This document shows positions 28,131-38,190 of a stretch of DNA of 64,000 nt, one piece after another. The notes below the pieces were generated by a model. It was given only the letters and a program-made list of their open reading frames with translations. It made no database searches and had not been told where the DNA came from. This stretch comes from Cycas panzhihuaensis (taxonomy: Eukaryota; Plantae; Cycadophyta), in contig CM041465.1 in assembly GCA_023213395.1 (NCBI GenBank), forward strand, positions 36,277,741 to 36,341,740. The letters are read 5' to 3'. The translations under genes were made by a program, and so were the position numbers. Position 1 is the stretch's first letter; every line of letters begins with the position of its first letter.

Positions 28131-29080
28131 GGTTACAGACCCTGATCGAATTTGAATGTTTACTTTATAAAAGGTATCTAGAAAAATGTATCTACCAAAG
28201 GTAACCCAACTTGGGTTTAGTCACTGGAGTCAAACTGATGAAGACCAATAACACAGGGCTTTCTAGGTCTGGGATTATCTGGTTTGTATGCCCTCCGATA
28301 TACTCATCCCAGTCGTAAATAGTATCGACTTGTAGAGGCTAATGCTCTACTCTATAATCATACTACCACGTCTCTAGGGTACGCGGAGAGTAACTGCCTA
28401 GGGCTAACTGCTTAGCAGTGTACTACAAATTATAGATGACCGACAAGTCTCCTATGGTTACCTATACTAGGAATGCCTACCTAGGGGGGTCCTCCTATAT
28501 ACTCATAGGTACGTGGAGGCTCAATTCTATAGCTGAGTTCTGTCCAAGGCTTGGTTCAAGAGTCCTTCACACAAGGGCAAAAAAAATTAGCCACAATATG
28601 CTTAGCCCAAAATGACAGTTCCTCATGATATTTATAGACCCCCAGTACAGGGTCTCTAGCCTAGACCAACTAAAAAGATTATGAACAAAAAGTAAACTAT
28701 TATAAATTATTAAGAGAAAATGGTAAAACTATTTCTCTCTAAAAATATATAGTTGAAAAATACATAAAATATAGATTAAAATGATGGCCTCTAAAAATAC
28801 AATTCTAATACTTTAGACGAAATTGAATTCTGGTATCTAGATCAAAAGTTATGACTCTTTTAAGAATTTCATTGTTAGGGTTTCTAAGGACTACAATAGT
28901 ACCTACTAGTAAAATGAAAATAACTTTTTATTATGAGCTCATATCAACTCAAAACTACTTCCATCAGAAAGTAAATTAAAAAACACACAAAATCGAAAAA
29001 AAAAAAATTAAGGTCATTTGGATATCTCTGGCCAAAGTTATGGCTCTTTGAAGTTAAGGTTGTAGATTTGTCCTAAATAT

Positions 29081-30150
29081 TGATCTGAATTTTAAATGGG
29101 AAAGTGAAGACTTTAACCAATTAAAACAAAATCTAGAACAATTTACATTATTATTATATAGAATTGAAAATATTTAGAATTTTCTTACAAAACTCCTTTT
29201 GTTTGTGCTCTATTGGGCATGCAAGGGACTGCTACAGCATTTTGGAAGAGAGAAACTAAGTGCTGGGCACTCCTTGTGCCGCTACTCGTCCTTTGGAACC
29301 TCTGTCTTCGAAGTCTGCAAAACATTTTTTGTTATCAATTACCAAAAACCTCGTTTTGGTGAAGAAATCTAGCTAGCGTCTCTTTCTGGGATTACTGCCA
29401 CTGTTGTCTTCTCTACTCGACTACAACTACGATCTTCTAGGCTCCTTCACAATCCCCGTAACAGGTTTATTCTACTGCACTTCTGTCTTCTTCTCTCTCA
29501 ACGCAGATTTTTAGTCTTTGGAGCTGTTCTCTTTCTGGAAAAGTGATTTCTTGAAGCTCTCCTTGAATCTTACTCTGTACTATATCTAGGGTTGCGGCGT
29601 CCTCCTTTTCCTATCTAAAATCTTTGTCGAATTCCCCTTTATTCCTCTCTAAAATTTTGCTTAAAAGCATTTTCATTTGCAAGAGGTTTTTCCATTTTTC
29701 TGATTTTTCCAATGGATTCCAAAACGGCTTATGAAATCTTAGAAAAATCCTTCTAATTTGGAGTTTTTCCTCTTTAAACGTGTAGAGGACACGTGTGCGT
29801 ACTCTCTCCTCAAATTTTGTGTGAAACGGATCCCGTTTACGCTGCCAAAATCATTTCTATTTTTATTATTTTTCTGTTTTTTGACTTTTAAGTAGCAGTT
29901 GCCTCAGTTGCAGTAGTAGTTGTTGCACCTGTAGTAGCAGTTGTAACAGTTGCTGCACCTATAGTAGTAATCGTAGCACCTACATAGCAGTCGTAGCACT
30001 TATAGAAATACATTTTTTAAGCCTTTTAAAAGCATTTTTCTACTAAATGAAGACTATTAAGCCTTTTTAAGGCATTTTTCTACTACATAAAGACCAAAAA
30101 CATGAAAAGCAAAGTATTTTAAAAGTATTTAAAGATCCAAAAATTGATCA
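29081..30150 (-). repeat. Element E 3' LTR (~1070 bp)
   Basis: Direct repeat of 34884-35995; 5 transitions in the first 60 bases. Confidence 0.95.
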
Positions 30151-30188
30151 GAACTCCCCTTTTTTAGGAGTTCATGGCCTCATGAACT

Positions 30189-33100
30189 TTATAGTTGTAG
30201 ATGAGGGAATTTAATTTTCTCTATCTCCTTATTGTACCATTTTGCTTTGCTAGGTACTTGTCCTTTCTCTACAATTCTGAAGGACTCGATTATGCCTCTT
30301 TGAGTCTTGGTCAACTTCTTTTAAAGAATGCAATCATTTTGCTTTGGTTCCTCTTTCTCTATCTGTAATTCCTCTGGATTTGGTAAGAGTGGAACTCTGT
30401 CTTCATCTTCATCCAACATGGATGGCTCGAATATCTTTAGATTCTTAACATTCACTAGGGAATACATTTTCATGAATTTTGGAAGTTTAAGCTGGAAAGT
30501 ATTTTCCCCAATTTTCTTCAAGATTGTAAAAGGACCATATCGTAAAGGCTTTAGCTTTTTGCCTTCACCTTACAATCTTTTTTTACTGAGGTGCAACCAA
30601 ACTTTATCTCCTTCCTTAAAGGAATGGCTGGTTCTATGTGCATCATGTCATTATTTGTATCTCTGTTGAGATTTTTGAAGCTGCTCTTCAACTTGTTGAT
30701 GGATTTTTCTGATTCTTTCCAAGAATCTTTATGCCTTTTCATCTCCTTCTTCCTCCTTTCCATTTCCTACAGAAAGTTGAGCAGAGAATTCTAGATCGAA
30801 AGGACTTGCAGGTAGAAATCCCAAACATACCTCAAATGGTGATTTCTAGGTTGAGCTATGGATAGCTCTGTTAAATGCAAATTGCAAGTATGGAAGACTT
30901 TTGTCCCAAGTCTTAGGATGCTTGGCATTGTATCCTCGTAACAGTTGTACCAATGTCCTGTTGACAACTTCACCGGTCTGTTTGAGGATGAAAAGTTGTG
31001 CTCATCTTTAGCTTCGTATCCATCATTCCCCAAAGTGTTTACCAAAAATAACTCATAAATCTACTATCTCGATCAGAAATGATTGAGTTGGGAAGTCCAA
31101 ATTACTTCTAAATATGCTGGAAAAATAATCTAGCTATGTCTTCTCTTGTATGTGTCTTCCTATAGGGAATCAACATCACCATTTTACTGAACCGATCAAC
31201 AACTACAAACAAATAATCCATACCATTTTTGGTTTGTGGTAGTCCTCCCAGGAAATCCATGGAGATACTTTCCCACGGTCATGATGGAATAGGAAGTGGA
31301 ATGTACAATCCAAACTTCCTATTGGCCGGCTTTGATGTACTATATAATGTACACCCTCGTACTATTGTAGTCACATCTTGTTGCATATTTGGCCAATACA
31401 TATATCGCTATAGGTTTAGCAATGTCTTTCCCACTCCAAAGTGTCCTGCAACTCGAGAGGTGTGAGCTTCTCTTATCCACTTCATTTAGTCTTCATGCTT
31501 TGGAATGCAAAGCTTGTCTTGCTTGCAAAGAAGTCCATCTTTCAACTGGAAATTAGCAACTACTTTTCCTTGTTGTAGCTGCTCAAAGATAGGCTTGAAT
31601 GCCTTATCTTTCAAATATAAATCAACATATTCATCTTGGCAGAAAGGTTGAAATTGCATAGCTACCAACAAACTAGAATTACCTTGCTGTTGAGGAGGTT
31701 TAGACAGTAAGTCTGCAATCTTATTTGTCGTTCCTTTCTTATATTTAACCACGATGTGAAACTATTGCAAATAGGACATCCACTTCATGTGCCTAGCCTG
31801 CTGCAACTTAGACTGAATCTGTAAAAATTACAAAGGCTTGTGGTCGGTGTGGATGACCACTTCTTTTCCCAACAAATAGGGTCTCCAATGCTTCACTGCT
31901 TGGTGTAATGCATAAAGCTCCTTATCGTAAGTTGGGTAGTTTATGATAGCTCCATTAAATGTCTCTAAATAGTATGCTATCGATTTTCCTTCTTACTTCA
32001 ATACTGCTCCTATGGCATTGCCTAAAGCATCAGTCTCCAATTAAAATGGCTTCTGCAGCGAGGGTAAAGCTAACACTAGTGCCTCACAGATTTTTTACTT
32101 CAAAAGCCTGAAAGTTTTTTCTTGTTCATTCTCCCAATGAAACTTTGCATGTCCTCCCGTCAATGCATGAAGAGGTGCTGTAATTTGAAAGAATCTGAAA
32201 ATAAATTTTCTTAAATATTGACATGCACCAATGAAACTTCTTACCTCTATGGTTGTCTTGGGTATGGGCTAATTGAGAATGACTTTAATCTTTGTTGGGT
32301 CAATCTTCAATTCTCCTCCTCCAACCACGAAATCTAAGAAGATGAGAGATTGCTTTCCAAACTCACACTTCTTTAGATTGAGTTTCAACTGCTGCTCTTG
32401 GAGAACTTTGACCACTTGCTTGACATGTTGGAGGTGCTTCTCACATGTATGGCTAAAAATCATAATATCATCTAGATAAATAATTACAAAGTCATTAATG
32501 AAGGGTCTTAATACCTCATTCATCAACCTCATGAGGGTGGCAGGTGCATTGCATAGACCAAATGGCATCACCAACCATTCAAACAATCCTTGCTTCGATT
32601 TGAAGGCTGTCTTCCAAGTATCCTCCTCTGAGATTCAAACTTGATGGTAACCTGATTTCAGGTCCATTTTGTTAAAATATCTTGCCGACTGCAGCTGGTC
32701 CAACAAGTCATCTATCCACAGTAAGGGATGTCTATTCTTTATGGTGATCTTATTTAAAGCCTGATAGTCAATGCACATTCTCCATCCTCCATCTTTCTTT
32801 GGCACCAAAACAATAGGTGATCCACATGGGGAACAACTCAGCTTAATCACTCCTTGTTCCAAGAGTTCTTGAATCTGCCTCTTAATCTCTTCATTCTCCA
32901 AAACTGAGTTTCAGTAGAGACTAATATTTGGCAAAGGTGAATCAACAACCAGTTGGATTTCATGTTCAATTGCCCTTTTAGGGGGCAACCCTTTCGTCTC
33001 TTAGAATACGTCATTGTACATATTCCTTAGGCCTTCAATCTACTGCACTTGCTTCCTATCTAGTGCCTGTATTGAGGACTCTACCTGCTCATTTTCTTCC

Positions 33101-34686
33101 ACCTTTGGCTTTATCATTAGCAGCATAAACTTCCTACAAGCATTAATTAATCTTTTCACTTGTTGGGAAGATATGAGAGAAATCTTCTTTTGTGGCTTTG
33201 ATGCATTGATCATATATGCTCTCCCATCCTTGATGAGTCGAATCTTTCTTAGTCTCCTGTAATGAACTCCATCTCTATCATAGAGATATGGTCTGCCAAA
33301 CACAACTTGACAAACATCCAAAGGGACTACTTCACATTCAACTTCATCAATCAATTTTTTAGAAATTACAAATTTAAACTTATATTGGTGAGTAACTTGT
33401 AACTCTAAATCTTTTTGCAACCATCCAAGAGGATATGGTTTTGGATGTGCATGCATTTTTAATTCCAGTTTCTTTACCAATGCTTTTAAGATTAAATTCT
33501 TTTGGCTTCCTCCATCAAAGATGGCATCAACCATACTTTGCTTCACTTGGATTCTTACCATGAAGAGCTTCTCTCTAATCTCTGGATCAACTTGCTGATG
33601 GTTATTTTTAGGCTCTACATTAGCCATGAGCATCAACTTCTCATTAGCTTCTTCAATGCTGCAAACATTTTCATCACCTATAGAGTTAAGTAAAGTTTTA
33701 CCTTCAATCTTAACTTTACCTTTCCCCTTGTTCTTGGGTCATTTCTCTGGGTATAGGAACCAACAATCTTCTACGCTGTGACTCGCTCACTTGCAATGAG
33801 TACAAGTGATTTTGATTTGGGTGGTATTGGCTTGTTTCATCTTGCCAAAACCTCCAATGGATTGTTGTCTAACTTTACCTGGAAACCTCATTCCTCGGGC
33901 AGGTTTGTTGCTACCTTCTGGAGGTGCAAACCTTTTCCTTTCTAAGAAAACCTTCTTGTTCCTCTTTTCTATGGCAATTGCCTTCTTGCTAGCTTCATCG
34001 AGCGATTTAACTTCAAACAATTGAAGTTCTTGCTAAATATGCTAGTGCAGTCCTCCAATATATTTCAGTATCATGTCTTTACCTAGTAAAGAGATGCCCA
34101 ACACAACAGCTTGCTTTTGAAATTCTGTTGTATAATCTTAGACATTTTGGCCTCTTTCCTGTCGGTAATATTGCCATTTAATCCTCTACTGCTCTTCATA
34201 TCCAATAGGATAGAATTGCTTCTTTATGGGGATTTTAAATTGCTTCCAGGTAATTTCATTTACATTAAGGGATTTAAGGTATGCATTCCACCAAACTAAT
34301 GCATGCTTAGATAATTTTAACCTAGCAAAAGTAATTTTCTACTGGTTTTTATACTCATAAATGGAAAAATAAGTTTCTAGTTGGTCCAACCAACCATCTA
34401 ATTTTCCAGCATCCAACGTTCCATCATAAATGGGCAATTCAAGTTTTGCCTCTACCTTGAATGGATGTTTGAATACTGCCAGATTATCATCTTCATCATT
34501 TTCTTGTTGGTCTTCTACCAGGTCTTCATTCGTTTCCTCGTTCATTGGTTCATCTTCTTCCTTCTTTACGCCTTTGGTTGTTGAAGAAGAAGTTGCAACT
34601 AGTTGCACCACAAGTTGGGTTAATCTGTCGAGGTTTTGCTCCATCTTCACGAACATTTCCTCCATCTTCTACTATGGATCAGCCAT
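30189..34686 (-). pseudogene. gag-pol: Element E gag-pol, disrupted by stops
   Basis: ORF fragments: gag 34339-34665; zinc knuckle CTHCK; protease 33040-33636; RT ([48 protein letters not shown]); RH; INT. Confidence 0.95.
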
Positions 34687-34883
34687 CTTCCTTCGCTATC
34701 TTCTTTCTTTCTCAAGAGGTTCAGTTAATGGTTCAGCTATTAACAAATATTCATATCTAGTTTTCATAAAAACTTTCACAATGAAAGCAAGAGGTTTTTT
34801 TTCTTTTCTCTTTTTCTTTCTTTCTCTTTAAAATCTATAAGTTCCCAAGGGTTTCAAGGAAACTAGCTCTGATACCAAAATAT

Positions 34884-35995
34884 TGATCTGAATTTTGAAT
34901 GGGAAAATAAAGACTTTAACTAATTGAAACAAAATCTAGAACAATTTACATTATTATTACATAGAATTGAAAATATTTAGAATTTTCTTACAAAACTCCT
35001 TTTGTTTGTGCTCTATTGAGCATGCAAGGGACTACTACAATGTTTTGGGAGAGAGAAACTGAGTGCTTCTTGCACTGCTACTCGTCCTTTAGAACCTCTG
35101 TCTTCGAAGTCTGTAAAATGTTTTTGGTTGCCGATTACCAAAAACCTCTTTTTGGTGAAGAAATCTAGCTAGCATCTCTTTCTGGGACTACTGTTACTGC
35201 TATCTTCTCCACTCGGTTGTAACTACGATCTTCTAGGCTCCTTCATGATCCCCATAACCGGTTTATTCTGCTGCACTTCTGTCTTCTTCTCTCTGAACGT
35301 AAATTTTTAGTCTTTGGAGTCGTTCTCTTTCCAGAAAAGTGATTTCTTGAAGCTCTCCTTGAATCTTGCTTTGTACTGCATCTAGAGCTGTGGCGTCCTC
35401 ATTTTCCTATAAAAAATCTTTGTCAAATTCCCCTTTATTCCTCTCCAGAATTTCGCTTAAAAGCGTTTTCATTTGTAAGAGGTTTTTCCGTTTTTCTAAT
35501 TTTTTCAACGGATTCTAAAACGGCTTATGAAATCCTAGAAAAATCCTTCTAATTTGGAGTCTTTCCTCTTTAAACGTGTAGAGGACACGTGTGTGTACTC
35601 TCTCCTCAAATTTCGTGTGAAACGGATCCCGTTTGCGCTACCAAAATCATTTTCATTTTTATTATTTTTCTATTTTTGACTTTTAGGTAGCAGTTGCCTC
35701 AGTTGCAGTAGCAGTTGCCTTAGTTATAGTAGTAGTTGTTGCACTTACAGTAGCAGTTGTAGTAGTTGTCACACCTGCAGTAGCAGTCGTAGCACCTGTG
35801 TAGTAGTCGTAGCACCTATGTAGCAGTCGTAGCACTTATAGAAATATATTTTTTATATTTTTTAAGACTTTTAAAGGCATTTTTCTACTAAATGAAGACT
35901 ATTAAGCCTTTTAAAGGTATTTTTCTACTACATAAAGACCAAAAACATGAAAAACAAAGTATTTTAAGAGTATTTAAAGATCTAAAAATGGATCA
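34884..35995 (-). repeat. Element E 5' LTR (~1112 bp)
   Basis: Direct repeat of 29081-30150 with extra copies of an internal minisatellite. Confidence 0.95.
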
Positions 35996-36184
35996 AAAAT
36001 ATGGTGATGGAAAAGAAGTAGGCCAAAATTAATTTTGCTACAATTTTTGCGCTGCAATTTTCACACTTTCACCCCAAAATCTATAGTGCTACCACTTAAA
36101 ATTTATAGGGCAAGCAATTTTGTCTTAAATTCACACTCTAAGAACCCTTAATGGCACCTCCTAGATTGTTGCTCTAATACCACT

Positions 36185-36493
36185 TGTAACGAGCCGTTAC
36201 ACCAAAACCTAAATCAAAAGAGAAAAATCTAATTACATATGGTAACACAAAAGTCAAAATTATATATAAGAGTATAAAGCATCTGTAATCACATGTATCA
36301 ATGGGCCTCTTCGAGGAGGCAACCTCCAATACACAAGATCATAATACTTCTAGATGATCCTTACTCCTACATTCCATACATATATATAGGGCTATTAAGA
36401 CTACCCATCTCTTGGACTTATGAATGTGGGATAATTACAAGAATAGAAATATAAGATTTGAGAAGAAGAGAGATAAGGGTTAGGTTCTTAACA
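36185..36493 (-). repeat. Element D 5' LTR (309 bp)
   Basis: Direct repeat of 23450-23777, adjacent to the PBS and followed by TSD TGATT. Confidence 0.95.
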
Positions 36494-37680
36494 TGATTAG
36501 TTTATTTCTTCTTTCCCATCACAACACTCTAACATAAGTATAAATGTCCCTTTCACTAATTTATCTACTTGTTAAGCCTTATACCCTCTTATATGCATCT
36601 ATAACTTATAACAACCATGTAAGATTATTGCCAAGCCATGGGGCATAGGTAATATTTACTGGGTATATACACACACATCACAATTGGCTCAACTAAAGTA
36701 GTTTTGTCTTATTCATGATCTTTATCTCTTATTTTCACTCCTAAGTTCTATACTTAGGAGGGAAGAGGGTCCCCAACTTTATTTTCTTACATGGTAACTA
36801 GATATAAATCCATATGGTTAGCTTTCCCTATTATGTGAGGTACTTATATTTCTAGTCTTTCACCAATGATCTTTATTCTTAAGGTGCCTCTTTCTCTTGC
36901 AACCTTATACTCTTTCAACAACTTTCTTTACAAACTTACAATCAATCTCAATTCTCTACTCTTGCTTGTTTGGTCACTTATTCTCACATGCTATGATGGT
37001 TTTCAATTATGTATCCCATTTACCCTCTTGAAGCTTGTTGCTCATTTTGTTGTTATCCCTTGATGCTTAGAGACACTTTGATCTAAAGATCCTCCAAGCT
37101 CTTATAGTTTGACCTTTTAGGATTTTGTTCTTATTTTCTTATTTCCTTGGTCTCATTAAAAATGTCACCCTTGTTGTAGTGTGAGAAGTATTGATGTTTT
37201 GTGGGTAAGTCAATCATCAAGGACCTCTTAAGTCCACTAATTCCTTCCCTTCATTATACCTTAATAAAAATTACATGATGATCATAGTTAGAATGACTGC
37301 TTATCATCTAAAAAGTAGATTTAATGATTCTTAATTCACCATGACCTTCACATGAACCATCATATGGTATCACCTAATATAATAATTAAAAATAAAAAAA
37401 TAAAAAAAGGGAAAAAAAGATATAGCTTTTGTATATATGTTTCCACCCTCTTAGGATCTAGAGCAACTCACATGATGATATCTAGTAGCCTTTACCCTTG
37501 TTTTTATCTAGGAGGTGCTTTCATAGTGAGAAAACCAAACCATGGCCCTATCCCTTTCTTATATTATAGTTAAAACCAAATCTCTTACATAAAACCATAT
37601 CCTTGTAGTTGATTATCGTATCATCCCTACATCTATGACTTTGTCTCTAAGTGTGTTCCATCTCTATCATAGCATTGAGC

Positions 37681-38061
37681 ATACATATTAATAGAGGCAG
37701 TCGAGGTAACCCAAGGCTATCTACTACTATATAGATTATTCATGACTAAATAAAAAATATATTAACTTCTGCTGGCATGTTCCTACCCTATGCAACTAAT
37801 AATAAAGCTTAATATATTGTTGTCATAGGAGCCTTAAGTGATATTTTACAATTCCATGATGAACCTATAAATCTTTTGTCTAATTCCTAAATTATAATCT
37901 TTCAACTTATCTATGTCTATCACATTTATTCAACCCACTTATGCCTCTTTTATACTCATGTTATATTGTTATTGTCCTACTTTCCATCTATTACAATCCA
38001 ACATATTTCACATAGTCAAAATACCAAAGCTATCTCTCTTTTATCTCATATTCTAGAATAA
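37681..38061 (+). pseudogene. Additional archaeal/plant-type RNase H (aRH, RVT_3-like) of element A, downstream of integrase
   Basis: Single-frame hand translation IHINRGSRGNPRLS...ATNNKA*YIVVIGAL...NS*IIIFQL...IQHISHSQNTKAISLL matches RNase HI motifs DGxSRGNPG / TNNxAEYxA / DSxLIIxQ / HIxRxxNxxADxLA. In-frame stops keep it out of the ORF track. Confidence 0.85.
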
Positions 38062-38103
38062 CATTGCTTCTAGCCCCATTACCTTATGCTAGGGATAATA
38101 CTC

Positions 38104-38190
38104 TATAATGAGTATAAACTAACTAGACACTTCGTAATGAGTATAAACTAACTAAACACTTTGTAGAGAGTATAAATTGGTTAAATACTC
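38104..38190. repeat. 29-bp tandem repeat x3 at the LTR start
   Basis: Units start at 38104, 38133 and 38162 (gagtataaactaacta.acactt; the third copy is diverged). Confidence 0.85.

Larger units (their letters stand above)
29081..35995 (-). mobile_element. Element E: CRM-like chromovirus (Ty3/gypsy) nested in D's 5' UTR
   Basis: LTRs 29081-30150 and 34884-35995 with TGATC..GATCA ends; perfect PBS gctctgatacca 34866-34877; PPT complement at 30151-30165; flanks AATAT/AAAAT. CRM-type motifs: LPIYDGTLDAGKLDGWL, IFDGGSQKNLI, HPKPYPLGWL. Confidence 0.93.
23450..36493 (-). mobile_element. Element D: Reina-like chromovirus (Ty3/gypsy), about 6.1 kb after removing nested E
   Basis: LTRs 23450-23777 and 36185-36493; perfect TSD TGATT (23445-49 and 36494-98); PBS gctctaatacca 36171-36182; PPT complement ttcctcccctttt ~23780-23792. 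Short LTRs plus a chromodomain suggest Reina (inference). Confidence 0.95.
7660..38100 (+). mobile_element. Element A: old Tat-lineage Ty3/gypsy retrotransposon internal region (gag-PR-RT-RH-INT, then aRH), interrupted by nested insertions
   Basis: Domains are in colinear order on + strand. The RT has the Tat/Ogre signature (DYS*WVSNIIPIAKKN...NNAYPKDNFSLPFLDQI). The integrase is split by element B. The 5' LTR is not resolved. Confidence 0.8.

Noticed and set aside
34430-34831. Ser-rich plus-strand ORFs (also 30328-30669, 27043-27288, 25542-26024, 33014-34299)
   Set aside because: Antisense shadows of the minus-strand gag-pol of D and E.
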